Origin: Epithemia pelagica
Taxonomy: Eukaryota > Protista > Bacillariophyta
Reading direction: 5' to 3'
Assembly (NCBI GenBank): GCA_946965045.2
Contig: OX337228.1
Coordinates: 5,642,001-5,706,000 of the forward strand
DNA length: 64,000 nt
Below the pieces are notes generated by a model, which worked only from the letters and a program-made list of their open reading frames with translations, had not been told where the DNA came from and ran no database searches. Every line of letters begins with the position of its first letter. Position 1 is the first letter of the stretch. The position numbers and the translations under genes are program-made. This document shows, piece after piece, positions 31,903 through 42,140 of this stretch.

Positions 31903-32583
31903 TCATTGCTTGGACGTTGGTACAGCTCCAGTATTTTCGGTAAGACTCTCCCCACGGTCTTGATATTGATCAACCGTTTGGCGTACTTGTTTATCAAAGT
32001 TGGGCGATTGAAGAATGGGTTCGGTTGGTTTACTGAAAGGATTCATAATGTAGTCCGCGTAGTGTTTGTGAACACTGGATAACAACTTTTTAATCTTTTG
32101 TTCTGCCGGACTGAGCGACGAGGATGAGGAGGTTGTTTTCAATACGCTTTCGACCCAAGGAGAGCTCTTTCCCGGTATTGTCTCTGTTTCACAGAGGGCT
32201 AGGAACTTGATGTTGGTCGCAGACACATGCCCATAGACAGCGCAGGTACCATCGAGAATGGTCAGCAAGCCTAACCAAGCAGAGTAGTTGCTGTTCCTTC
32301 TCAACGGCATGGTTCCATCTTGCTTACTGGACCCTATCATTTCTTCCAAGGGATCCAACGACGCGTGAAGCAACAGCTGATGTTCTATTGACAAGGACTG
32401 GCCCTGATTCTTGGACGAGACCGTTTGACTCGTTAAACCAAATCCAAAATGATCTGGATTGCTGGAATCCTTATTATCTCCTGTGGAAGGTGCTACATCT
32501 CCAAACCTCGCAATGTTTTCACAGCCACACAAATAGAGAGGCTCGTTACTCTTTCCAATAATGGCAATGCCCAACAGCTTCAT
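31903..32583 (-). CDS. TRAPPC2L: Trafficking protein particle complex subunit 2-like (sedlin family)
   Basis: MKLLGIAIIGKSNEPLY, LLLHASLDPLEE, WLGLL..VYGHVSATNIKF and HYADYIMNPF. Confidence 0.82.
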   Translation of the reverse strand: MKLLGIAIIGKSNEPLYLCGCENIARFGDVAPSTGDNKDSSNPDHFGFGLTSQTVSSKNQGQSLSIEHQLLLHASLDPLEEMIGSSKQDGTMPLRRNSNYSAWLGLLTILDGTCAVYGHVSATNIKFLALCETETIPGKSSPWVESVLKTTSSSSSLSPAEQKIKKLLSSVHKHYADYIMNPFSKPTEPILQSPNFDKQVRQTVDQYQDRGESLTENTGAVPTSKQ

Positions 32584-32748
32584 GGTTTCCGCCGTCGTCT
32601 CAAAAGATACACACAATAATTTCTCTCTTGGGGTTCCACGTCACATTCGTGACTCAAAAGTGTAGCGCGACTGCGGGCCGGCTTCAACGGTAGGTGCGAC
32701 TCACCGTGGCATCAGAAAAATGAGCCGCCCATTCTACAAAATAGCAGC

Positions 32749-34434
32749 ATGGCATCAACGTCCCATGGAGATGGTTCTTCTGGTTCAAAGATCAACCGAC
32801 GGTTACGAGATTCCCCCGACCCCACTGTACAAAATGAAAATGGGCAACAAGGACACGTCGACGAGCCTTCGTCCGATCTTCTTGAATCCTTGATCAATCC
32901 GGATTTTGAAGAATTGGCGTCCCAGTTTCGGGAGTTCCGCCGCGCCTATCGACATGTCCAGCAAACACAGGCTGGGAGACCCTTTGCGGCATGCATCACG
33001 CAAGAATTCAGCATTGCCTTGACCAAGGCCTTACTACACACTACTTGGGGTATTTCCCTGTCCGATCTACCCTTACATCATCTTTGTCCACCCGTTCCGA
33101 ATCGGTACTTTATGGTTCATTGGCTTCAACAAACTATTCTTCCGTACATCCAATCAAATGAGTGTTTTCGTTCCACACGACGCCTGACATTTTCAGGACT
33201 TGATATTGGTACTGGGGCAACCTGCATCTACCCGCTTTTATTCATGGCATCCCTCCAAAAGAACCCAAGAAGCACGCTCCAAGGACCGTGGAGAATTTGG
33301 GCATCGGATGTGGACAACGAAGCAATTGATTTAGCAGTTGCAAATGTTCGGAGCAACCAGATGCAAAGTCATATACAACCATTTCTAGTTCCCCCATCCA
33401 CTCGTCAATCGAACCATCAATCCACCAACGAGGTGTCATTCGCCACAGGACAGGCTCCATCACGTCGAGGTCCACTGCGCCAGGCACTCGACACAATTGC
33501 GGCTCATCATGCTGCCCCATCCTTACACTCTGACTGGGCAGATTTTGATTTTTGTCTGACGAATCCTCCCTTCTACGACAATGCTACGGACCTCACACAG
33601 ACGCGGCAGGGAGACGGTCGTTCTCGAACCTCCATGACGGTACATGAAGGAACCTACCCTGAAGGAGAAATAGGCTTTGCTTGTGATATTTTGATGGATC
33701 AATGTCAGTCAATGCTTTTGCCTTCGACTCAACAGCAATCACCACCAGTCGGTACTCCGGGATGGACTGTCATTATGTGTGGCAAAAAGTCTTCCTTTGT
33801 AACCTTGTACAATATTGTGGTACAAGTCTTGGGATTCGCTCACGTGTGTTCGACTAAATTTGGACCTGGAAATTTCACGAGATGGTTTCTCGCTTGGACA
33901 TGGCAGGGTGATCCAATGCCGCAATCTCCACTGGTAGCCAAAGACTCGTGGGAGTTCTCAGTGGTTGTTACAGATTCCAAGAGTGAGAATCTCGCATTGG
34001 ACAAAGTGGCACAACGCATGTTCAATTTTGGTCAAGAGTTTTCACTCGCCTGCAAGGAAACTGTCCCCTCGCATTCTACTCCTAAGAGCGAAACTAGATC
34101 GCGCATGTTTGAATTATGGAAGGATGAATCTCCCATGGAGGTCGTTGGGGCATGGGTTCGAGATGACCAGCTGCTACCGGACGACCTCCAACGGATTCTT
34201 GCCCATACAGCAGTCCAGACTCGACGACGGCTTCTTCCATCACAAGGGCACTTTCATCTCACCATAGAGCTACTACATGCATCGTCCACGGAAGGCGTAC
34301 TGGTCCATGTGTGTGCTTACAGTCACACGCATTGTGGCAAACGAGAAGTGGCCCATCTGAAACAGCAAATACCAGGAGAGATTATGCAGACCAACCGCAA
34401 ATGGCGACGTCGACTGCAACGACAGGAAAACTAG
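32749..34434 (+). CDS. METTL16: METTL16/RlmF-family RNA m6A methyltransferase
   Basis: LCPPVPNR, GLDIGTGATCIYPLL and the catalytic NPPFY, plus EGE..F and CGKKSS-type motifs. Confidence 0.85.
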   Translation: MASTSHGDGSSGSKINRRLRDSPDPTVQNENGQQGHVDEPSSDLLESLINPDFEELASQFREFRRAYRHVQQTQAGRPFAACITQEFSIALTKALLHTTWGISLSDLPLHHLCPPVPNRYFMVHWLQQTILPYIQSNECFRSTRRLTFSGLDIGTGATCIYPLLFMASLQKNPRSTLQGPWRIWASDVDNEAIDLAVANVRSNQMQSHIQPFLVPPSTRQSNHQSTNEVSFATGQAPSRRGPLRQALDTIAAHHAAPSLHSDWADFDFCLTNPPFYDNATDLTQTRQGDGRSRTSMTVHEGTYPEGEIGFACDILMDQCQSMLLPSTQQQSPPVGTPGWTVIMCGKKSSFVTLYNIVVQVLGFAHVCSTKFGPGNFTRWFLAWTWQGDPMPQSPLVAKDSWEFSVVVTDSKSENLALDKVAQRMFNFGQEFSLACKETVPSHSTPKSETRSRMFELWKDESPMEVVGAWVRDDQLLPDDLQRILAHTAVQTRRRLLPSQGHFHLTIELLHASSTEGVLVHVCAYSHTHCGKREVAHLKQQIPGEIMQTNRKWRRRLQRQEN

Positions 34435-34509
34435 GAGCAGTCAATTCCTTTTCCTAGTGGTGGACTTGTCCTGGAACTAGACGAGAGTTTGTTTAAAAGC
34501 ACTATATAT

Positions 34510-35925
34510 CTAGGACACTGGGACGACCATTCCCCGAATGTCTTTGACAAACTTGATGGCGCTTTTGACTCCCAGTTTCTCAGCAAGCATCCCTGGAACG
34601 GCCGTAGAATAAACGTGAGTAATTGCAGTCAGCACACTTTCACCCTCCCCATGTGGTTGTATTAGATTCACACCGAGCAGTATATCGGAAGTTCCAATAT
34701 TCTTATCCTCGGGCTGTGGTCCAACGGCACGGCTGAGCAATAACCAGGAAGTCTCTTCTCCAGGCTTTTGGGTTTTCTTTGATGGAAAAAGGCTGTCAAC
34801 AGGGCAAGCATGTAGCAAAGTGGTCGATCGTAGAGGCTTTCCTCCGACTGGAACATTGTTGGTGTTTTGTACAATTTTGGTCCGTTCATCAGATGATTTC
34901 CAAAGATCCAGTCGACCAGTACTCCACTTATTGTAAGCTTTGACACGGTTTGAATCCAACAACAACTCGATGAACTCCATGGGTGATAACGGTACGATCG
35001 AGCGGCTCTTGATGAATGGAGCAGCTGCACCGTAGTACGATTTATCATCACTACTTTTGAGCCGTGCTCGTCCTGTCCACACATGAATTCCACCTTCTTC
35101 AAGGCTCTCTTTGAAACTTGAAGACACTTTTGTCCATGCAACCCACTCGTTCGATTCATCGTTGGATGAGAGACGATAGCCTGTTCTTGCAAGACCCTCC
35201 AACAGTTCCATATGCTCGGGGAACTCATTTCCCGTGAGTCGGTTCCATAAGCTCTGAGGAATGAGAGGATCCATCAAATGTTTTAAGTCTTGGCTTCCAG
35301 TGACGTCATGCTTTGTTGCCAACGCGACTGAGCTTTCTTTCTTCTTTCTTGACTTTAAACTTGCGAGGAGTATTGAGTTTTCTCTTGGATTTGCTGAAAC
35401 CAATGTGGTTGCAACTGGCTGGTCACCAAACTGTGCAAAGTCTACTTTACTTGAAGCTTTCTCGCTCGCTGTTTCAGGCGTACGAAGCGCTGCTGATACG
35501 ACCAGAGATACTGTTTTCGTCGCGACCGTTGCAGCCACTGCAGTTTTTTTTAGCAGCGACGATTTTTGCTTTGATGAAGGAGAGAATGGCAGCCATTCTC
35601 TCGATCTGTTTGTGCCTGAACATCCACCTCGGCTTCCCCGTACAGAAGGTAGCACCTCCTCCACAAGATCGTTGACTCTGGTACTGATCACATCTCTCAG
35701 ACCACTTCTATTCACCCAGAAATGTGCAATTTGATCGTAACATGTTGCACAGAATCGATGGGCCGATGTGAGGTCGAGGATTTCGGTCCCTGCTCGATGC
35801 AAGGAAATATAGTCCATGTCATGATATCTTCTGGATCCTGCAGATATTGCACTGCTGGTTGGAAGCAAATAGAAGACAATCAGAGCCACTTGAACTCTTG
35901 GTAATGCCAAAATCCTCTTCAACAT
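34510..35925 (-). CDS. START/SRPBCC-like lipid-binding domain protein with N-terminal signal peptide
   Basis: KSRSIVPLSPMEFIELLLDSNRVKAYNKWSTGR and GVNLIQP..LTAITHV resemble the START fold. Hydrophobic N-terminus. Confidence 0.75.
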   Translation of the reverse strand: MLKRILALPRVQVALIVFYLLPTSSAISAGSRRYHDMDYISLHRAGTEILDLTSAHRFCATCYDQIAHFWVNRSGLRDVISTRVNDLVEEVLPSVRGSRGGCSGTNRSREWLPFSPSSKQKSSLLKKTAVAATVATKTVSLVVSAALRTPETASEKASSKVDFAQFGDQPVATTLVSANPRENSILLASLKSRKKKESSVALATKHDVTGSQDLKHLMDPLIPQSLWNRLTGNEFPEHMELLEGLARTGYRLSSNDESNEWVAWTKVSSSFKESLEEGGIHVWTGRARLKSSDDKSYYGAAAPFIKSRSIVPLSPMEFIELLLDSNRVKAYNKWSTGRLDLWKSSDERTKIVQNTNNVPVGGKPLRSTTLLHACPVDSLFPSKKTQKPGEETSWLLLSRAVGPQPEDKNIGTSDILLGVNLIQPHGEGESVLTAITHVYSTAVPGMLAEKLGVKSAIKFVKDIRGMVVPVS

Positions 35926-36015
35926 CGTTCGATTTCAAATCTCAACATTGTTTGACGGCAACATGAACAGTTGGCGCTACCATAGCTAAATAGCTACATT
36001 ACGTCTTCGATTTGC

Positions 36016-36189
36016 TGTATAAATCCTGCCACTACACGCTACAAAACGGGGTATACGGCGTGCAACAAGTGGCTAGACCAAAATTATGACTAGAAAACTA
36101 GATGCGTAGCAGCATATGTAGGCGATGCATATTCGCCAATATGCGACCATGTATCCGCCAATATGCGACCTGTTGGCGGGATTTATTCA
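36016..36189 (-). repeat. 3' LTR of copia B (174 bp)
   Basis: Minus strand TGAATAAATCC...GGATTTATACA (terminal inverted repeat). Internal direct repeat CGCCAATATGCGACC x2. PPT GCGGGGAC at 36197-36190. Confidence 0.95.
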
Positions 36190-36343
36190 GTCCCCGCGAG
36201 CTAGATCGGAAGCATTTCGACTAGGTCGCCCACGACTTGTTTCAGCAGAGGCCGGTCCATCAGGACTATTTTTTCTCAATTAAGAGGGGTGTCTATTCGG
36301 ACAATAAAAGAGGGGTGTGAGGACAATGAATTCGATCATGTAA

Positions 36344-39300
36344 TCACCACAAAACACGTTGTGCTAGAAAACGCAATCGGGGTCCTGGTAACGATTTTGT
36401 CAGCAGGTCCGCAAGATTGGTTTCACCTTCTTCCCAGGCGATACGCACGATGTTGGCGGCTTGTGCCTCACGTGTGCGATGGTAAGCAATCGCATTGTGT
36501 TTCTTCTTCAGAGTGACTTCAGGCATGGTTGCACTCTTGAACACAGATTCATTATCACAGAACACATTGGTTTCGCCATCAAGTGGAATGCCCATCATTC
36601 TCAACTTGTAACGGAAACCCTCTATCTGTTCGATGGCAGTCTTCATTGCGACAAATTCGGAGCCAAATGTTGATGTCTCAACAGTACTCTGTCGTTTGGA
36701 ATACCACAAGATAGGTGCTCGTTGTAAGAACATAAGAATACCAGTTTGTGAGCGACGCGTAGCAAGACAACCAGCGTGATCGGCATCAACAAAACAAGTT
36801 GTGGTAACAGCCCGTCCACGAGGTGGTGGCATATTGGGCGGCAAAGGGTCACTAGCATCGGGGTAGTATTCAGACCAGTCTGCCTGGAAGAAACGATCCT
36901 CGTCGAAGGTCGGAGTTGTGTCGTCGAACACTAGGGTGGAACGTCCATGCGCTTTTAGGTATGCAAAAATGTGCAAGGCTTGTTCGAGGTGTCCTTCACG
37001 TGGCATGGCTAGATATCGGGACAGTTGTGATACGGCAACAATGATATCGATACGACCAAGTTCCACAACCCAACGAAGGATACCAATTAGTCCCTGATAG
37101 TAATTTGCACGTCGGGGGTCCAGTTCAGGAGATGAGTCGATCTCAGGACGATACCCAGTGGCAAGCGGAGTTGAGACTCGTGTCTGTAGCTTTTGGCCAA
37201 CTTTAGACAGTTCGGTCTCAATTTCAGATATGGCACGTTTAACATATTTGTCGGAGGACATGGCCCATCGGGGTTTGTTCTCAGGATCGTCAGTATCTGG
37301 TATGGTATAGTGTCGAATCTCAGATCCCAAGTATTCGTCTGGGTCTTTAATACTCTCGGGTTTGATGGTATACCGTTTTTCCAGATCATTCATGATCGAT
37401 CGCGGATCATGACTGACACAGAGTATGTCGTCTATGTAGACAAGTACATACTCATAGTATTGGAACCCATCAGATGGTCGGACTTGAGGTCGAAGCCAGA
37501 CATCAGGGTCAGCCAAGCAACTGTTGAACTTCATTTCACGAAGTGTTGCGGCAATGTGATCACGCCAACGAGCAGCAGAACTCTTCAAACCATACAGAGC
37601 ACGAACAATCAGTGCAGGTCGGCCAACGTTTTCGGGACCAAATTCTAGTCCCGCCGTAATATAAGTTCGCTCTTTTGTTGGTGCATTGAGGTATGCATTT
37701 TGTACGTCCCCGGCCAACACGTCCAGGCCATTAAGGGCAGCGATAGTGAATGCAATTCGTACGCTATCACGGGATACAACACTGGAGTACGTGGATTCCT
37801 TTGGTGGATCAGTCTTATGCCCACCGGCAACCAGTCGGGCTTTGCGGCGAAGATCAGACTTGATATCAAAGACCATATGACATGGGATATGTTTGTATCC
37901 AATTGGTACTTTGTCATCATCACGGAATTCAAAGGCAATGCGAACATTTTTCATCTCCTTTTCGATGGCTTTCCGCCAGAAATCAGTCCCCGTTCGACGA
38001 TCAATCTCAAGAGCTTCTTGAACGGTTTTGGGCAGTTCAATACCATATTTGTGGGTACGTTTCCAATAGCGAGATTTCACTTTCGCAAGAATCACACCAC
38101 GTTTGCGTAACGTATGTGGAACCCACCAGGCATAGGCCGGTTCTTTGGCAAGCCCCGCCGCAACAGCATATTCGGCTAGTTGTACAGGCGAATCGTTTTT
38201 GAGATCTTTGAGAGGGATCCAAACAGTAGAACCATCGGAGAGTTCACACTCATGTTCCCAACCAACGGTTGTATGGCGTTGACGGCCATTCAACCAGTCC
38301 GGATCCGTTCGGAGGACAGCGTCCTTGGTTTTGCGATGTCCAATGATATCCTTTACAATGGCATAGGAGTTGCCCTCAGTGTCGACTTGAGAGTAAAGGT
38401 TCTCGGCAATGAGATTAGCAGCAAGAGATTCGGTGGATCCATCGGGATACAGCACGTCATAGAAACGTGTGTCTAAGATTGGATTTGGATCACGTTTGCC
38501 AATTGGTCGACCATGTTCATCTTTGGAGCGGCCTATGATCTTGGCTCTGGCCTGGTCCCCGCCATGCGGCAGCATGACTTCGGCTGTGAGATATTCGTCT
38601 AGCTCCTCCGGAGTGTAGTCGTCAGCATCAGGGAGAGGTGTATCAGAGTCAAGAGCAGCAGGAAAGAGAGATTCACTTTCGTCTTCTCCAAAGAAATCAT
38701 CGGGTGGATCAGGGGAAACGTTGGCGGCATCTTCATCGGAAGACGGCGATGTATCCACAAGGAGAGTCTTGATAAGACCATCATAGACTTCCAGTTGTTG
38801 ACGGATTGTGGGATTTTTCATATCGTCGTCAGGGATTGCCCACACATCTTTTCGGACAATAACTCGACCTTTCTCTGTCAAGACGTTGAAAGCCATGTCA
38901 TCAATACAGTCATCGGCAAGACCAAGCCAGCGCCCAATACATTTACGCTCATGAGGGAAGTCATGCGACGGCGTATAATAGTATACAGGTTGATAGAAAT
39001 CAAACAAAGCCATGGGAGAGATGTCGGGTGTCGATCCAAGAACGTGTTCAAATGGCGTTCGTCCATTAAGTTCAGGGATATCAGAGGCAGTTAACTGGCG
39101 GACAGAGGCAACCCACTTCAGCGCATAGGACCATGTGCGTCGTGGTGCACCAGTTTGACGTAACTTCCTAATAACACCTTTCTTCAACTCACGGATGCTC
39201 GCTTCGGCGGCATTCTGCCATTGACTGTATGGGACGGTCACTTCTTGTTTGATACGGTACTCATTACAGATGTCACGAGAACGTCCATGAAATAGCTCCT

Positions 39301-40600
39301 GCGCACCATCAGAAATTAACGTCTGAGGAATTCCGACATTCTGGATAAGGGACATCAGACCTTCAGGGTGTTGCTTCTTTGATTTCCAGGGATAGACAAA
39401 ATCATAGCCCTTTCCATCAGTAAATACGGAAGCACCCGTGTGAAGATCAAGCGATGGGCACTTGGAGAACATCTCGTCGCAAAACCATCGTCCCTTGACA
39501 TTCGGGAATTTGAGCCATGGAGCTTTCTTTCGAACCTTGCGTTCAGATGGGACAAGGACATTTCGGACCCCAGCCTGGGTTGTCACTTGTAAAGTCTTCT
39601 TGGCCTTAGTTAGGCCGACATTCCATCGAGAAGACAAGGTCTGGGGATCAAGTACAGTCTTAGAAGAAGATGGCAAGACTTTTACGGCTTTCGTTGGTCG
39701 TGACGAAGCAGACTTAACGGCTTTGAGAAAGTATTCGTCGGGATCAAGGTCCTCAATGTCCACAGTGTCCTCGGCACTTGGTGGATGGGACACTCGAACG
39801 GCAGCAACTAAGCGGTTGCATAGTTCATCCTCGTCATTCTCAAGTTCCATGCAATAGCCATAGGTTTCGTCGTATGATCGGACGGCAGCAACCAATCGCG
39901 GGACACAGGATGCGGCAATCGAATTCGGATCAACTTGGCGGACAGCAGATGCATTGGATGCATTGGCTTTCTCCTCCGCGGCAGCAAAGGTGGACGAATG
40001 AGGGTGCCACACCGAATCAGCAGTCATGACTATCCGTGGGAGCGACTCGAGCTCCTCCGGGGTTGGCTTCGTGGTCGCAAAGCCAGAGATAACACCGGAC
40101 ATTTCTAGAGGAATGATCAGGTCAGCATCGGGAATACGAATGCTGTGTGTGCAGTAAGGGTCAAACTGACGCGGCACATCATGGACAATGAGGCCGTTTG
40201 AACGCAGTTGATTGGGACAAATCAATGATTGGGACAATCGGTCCCCGAAGAATAACGACTCGTGAAACAGCAATAGATAACTATTGTTGTGGGCATCAGT
40301 CCAGACAGTGGCGGTCGTGGTGACGGGGATACGCTCGAGGGGTTTATATTCCTCTGAGAATGGGGAAACAGTGATGTAACGGTCAGGTTCCCTGAATTTG
40401 ACAAAGTTGCGACCAACACAACAAGTGTCAGCATGCGAGTCCATTTCACATGTCAGATCAATCGGATCAGTGGCATGGGACTGTGATACGGCAGCACATA
40501 AACGGTGTGCAAAGGCTAAGCGGAAGGTAGGGGTGCCTACAAGTGAGAAATGTGGACGGATAAGATTCGTTTTATCAATTTCATCACTGGGCACACAGCC
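36344..40600 (-). CDS. Pol of copia B (protease, integrase, RT, RNase H)
   Basis: EMDSHADTCC; FCDEMF..ISDGAQE..PYSQWQNAAE; AGDVQNAYL; YIDD; FVDADHAG..TFGSEFVA..CDNESV..NLADLLTK. No usable upstream ATG: the first in-frame ATG (40444) directly precedes the catalytic Asp. Confidence 0.95.
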   Translation of the reverse strand, partial: GCVPSDEIDKTNLIRPHFSLVGTPTFRLAFAHRLCAAVSQSHATDPIDLTCEMDSHADTCCVGRNFVKFREPDRYITVSPFSEEYKPLERIPVTTTATVWTDAHNNSYLLLFHESLFFGDRLSQSLICPNQLRSNGLIVHDVPRQFDPYCTHSIRIPDADLIIPLEMSGVISGFATTKPTPEELESLPRIVMTADSVWHPHSSTFAAAEEKANASNASAVRQVDPNSIAASCVPRLVAAVRSYDETYGYCMELENDEDELCNRLVAAVRVSHPPSAEDTVDIEDLDPDEYFLKAVKSASSRPTKAVKVLPSSSKTVLDPQTLSSRWNVGLTKAKKTLQVTTQAGVRNVLVPSERKVRKKAPWLKFPNVKGRWFCDEMFSKCPSLDLHTGASVFTDGKGYDFVYPWKSKKQHPEGLMSLIQNVGIPQTLISDGAQELFHGRSRDICNEYRIKQEVTVPYSQWQNAAEASIRELKKGVIRKLRQTGAPRRTWSYALKWVASVRQLTASDIPELNGRTPFEHVLGSTPDISPMALFDFYQPVYYYTPSHDFPHERKCIGRWLGLADDCIDDMAFNVLTEKGRVIVRKDVWAIPDDDMKNPTIRQQLEVYDGLIKTLLVDTSPSSDEDAANVSPDPPDDFFGEDESESLFPAALDSDTPLPDADDYTPEELDEYLTAEVMLPHGGDQARAKIIGRSKDEHGRPIGKRDPNPILDTRFYDVLYPDGSTESLAANLIAENLYSQVDTEGNSYAIVKDIIGHRKTKDAVLRTDPDWLNGRQRHTTVGWEHECELSDGSTVWIPLKDLKNDSPVQLAEYAVAAGLAKEPAYAWWVPHTLRKRGVILAKVKSRYWKRTHKYGIELPKTVQEALEIDRRTGTDFWRKAIEKEMKNVRIAFEFRDDDKVPIGYKHIPCHMVFDIKSDLRRKARLVAGGHKTDPPKESTYSSVVSRDSVRIAFTIAALNGLDVLAGDVQNAYLNAPTKERTYITAGLEFGPENVGRPALIVRALYGLKSSAARWRDHIAATLREMKFNSCLADPDVWLRPQVRPSDGFQYYEYVLVYIDDILCVSHDPRSIMNDLEKRYTIKPESIKDPDEYLGSEIRHYTIPDTDDPENKPRWAMSSDKYVKRAISEIETELSKVGQKLQTRVSTPLATGYRPEIDSSPELDPRRANYYQGLIGILRWVVELGRIDIIVAVSQLSRYLAMPREGHLEQALHIFAYLKAHGRSTLVFDDTTPTFDEDRFFQADWSEYYPDASDPLPPNMPPPRGRAVTTTCFVDADHAGCLATRRSQTGILMFLQRAPILWYSKRQSTVETSTFGSEFVAMKTAIEQIEGFRYKLRMMGIPLDGETNVFCDNESVFKSATMPEVTLKKKHNAIAYHRTREAQAANIVRIAWEEGETNLADLLTKSLPGPRLRFLAQRVLW

Positions 40601-40670
40601 TCAGGTCTGCTTTGTGGCCTTCTCTGCAAGGGCAGCTTTCGCAACGGCAGTTGTAGGCTCCTTGGTTTCA

Positions 40671-42140
40671 TCAGGGTTGTGCGGCTTTGTAGATCCTTTT
40701 TTTACTATGGGCAAAGCGTCCGAAACTGTTTCCGGCTGAGGTTTTGGGAACAGTCGGTTCAGCAGCAACAGGAGGATCAGGCTCGGAATGGTTCGGCGCG
40801 TCGTCGCCATCCAGGTCAATGGTCTCCAATTTCATGTCATCAGACTTTGGAGTTTCAGTTTTACTCAACTTGCGAGAGCCATTTTCATCTTCAGTGCGCA
40901 CGGCTCCGGCCTTGCGCTTTCCATTAGCGTCTTTCTGTTCTTTACGGGCACGGAGGATTTCGGCTTTCTCTTCATCAGAGAGCTTGCGCCATTCATCCAA
41001 ACTGTAATGACGTGTCTTCTTTTTATTCTGCTTGTTACGACCATTGTTCTTTCCACTAGTCTTAGTCGTACCCACACCAGCAATCTTTCGATTCTCGTCA
41101 TTGGTCTTGTCGGTACGGGATGCAGCAATCAACGTGCCAAAATACTGCTGGCATGCTTCAAAATCAGAAAGCTTTGCTGCGTCACCGTTGACGACCGTCT
41201 TTCCCGCCGCCAAAGAGGGATCCGATATACCTTTGAGGAAATCGGTTACCTTTTTGGTTTCGGCAACGGGTTCATCAAGTTCAGCCAACGTATTATGAGC
41301 TTTCTGATGGCGGTGAACATATTGTTGATACGAGAAACGACCGCGGCCTGTAAACTTCGCGTCGGCAATAGCAGCGTATGCTTCTTTCTTGCGGATGGTG
41401 ACAGCTGCTGTTCCAGTAGCTTGGCGAGTCAACGCAAGATACGCCTCACGGCCGTCCTTCTTCTTTTGGTGTGGCTTGATGAACGTCAGGCCAGGTCCGC
41501 CAACAAGGAAAGGTTTCATCAGTGTGAAGACGCGTTGATTGTCAAGGGCATACTGATCACCTTGCAGGATAGTAGTAGCAATCAAATCGTCATCGATAGT
41601 ATCGTAGGCAGCATTCCTTGCTTCAGAACCGACAGGCTTAGTTTCACGAAGGACGTATGTCAAAGGGACACCCGTTGTGGGATTGCGATGCTGTGCGAGG
41701 AACGTGAGCAAGGCATCGTTAAACACCTCCCACTGAGTAAACGAAGTCAACTCTTTCGGTGGGGTCAGTTCATCGGAGGCAACTTCCTTGTTGAGTGCAA
41801 ACAGTTCCTGGGTACGCTTGGTCCATTTCTTGATCAGGGGCGGATCAGAGAAAAGTGAGACTTTAAGGGCCTGACCACGAGACGAACGGTATTCGAGCCA
41901 CATTCGGAAGCCGTGGAGCTGCAGGTTAGCACTGAAGGGAAAGGCCCCGTTCTCTGGAGGGGTCTTCGCCATCATCTTCAACATCGACGGCACTTGATGG
42001 ACCGCAACAGTCATGAACGATTGAGCATCATCGAAACCCTGCTCAATGATGTAGGTCACGGTGGCATCATTGTATCCACAGCGTTTAACGGCAGCCTTGA
42101 AATCTTCCTTGGGATTTTCAGGGGCAGTGGATGAAGACAT
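40671..42140 (-). CDS. Gag of copia B
   Basis: About 489-aa ORF with NPTTGVPLTYVLRE, DNQRVFTLMK, DGREAYLAL and KVTDFLKGISDP, in the gag position of the element. Confidence 0.88.
   Translation of the reverse strand: MSSSTAPENPKEDFKAAVKRCGYNDATVTYIIEQGFDDAQSFMTVAVHQVPSMLKMMAKTPPENGAFPFSANLQLHGFRMWLEYRSSRGQALKVSLFSDPPLIKKWTKRTQELFALNKEVASDELTPPKELTSFTQWEVFNDALLTFLAQHRNPTTGVPLTYVLRETKPVGSEARNAAYDTIDDDLIATTILQGDQYALDNQRVFTLMKPFLVGGPGLTFIKPHQKKKDGREAYLALTRQATGTAAVTIRKKEAYAAIADAKFTGRGRFSYQQYVHRHQKAHNTLAELDEPVAETKKVTDFLKGISDPSLAAGKTVVNGDAAKLSDFEACQQYFGTLIAASRTDKTNDENRKIAGVGTTKTSGKNNGRNKQNKKKTRHYSLDEWRKLSDEEKAEILRARKEQKDANGKRKAGAVRTEDENGSRKLSKTETPKSDDMKLETIDLDGDDAPNHSEPDPPVAAEPTVPKTSAGNSFGRFAHSKKRIYKAAQP

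Noticed and set aside
36190-36516. env-like or extra 3' ORF in copia B
   Set aside because: Only about 150 nt separate the pol stop from the LTR. The short ORFs here are antisense and featureless.
40788-41858. 356-aa antisense ORF over copia B gag (likewise 60621-61841 over PABP and 55126-55791 over the nucleoporin)
   Set aside because: Typical shadow ORFs caused by codon bias on the coding strand, with no motifs and hydrophobic or low-complexity composition.
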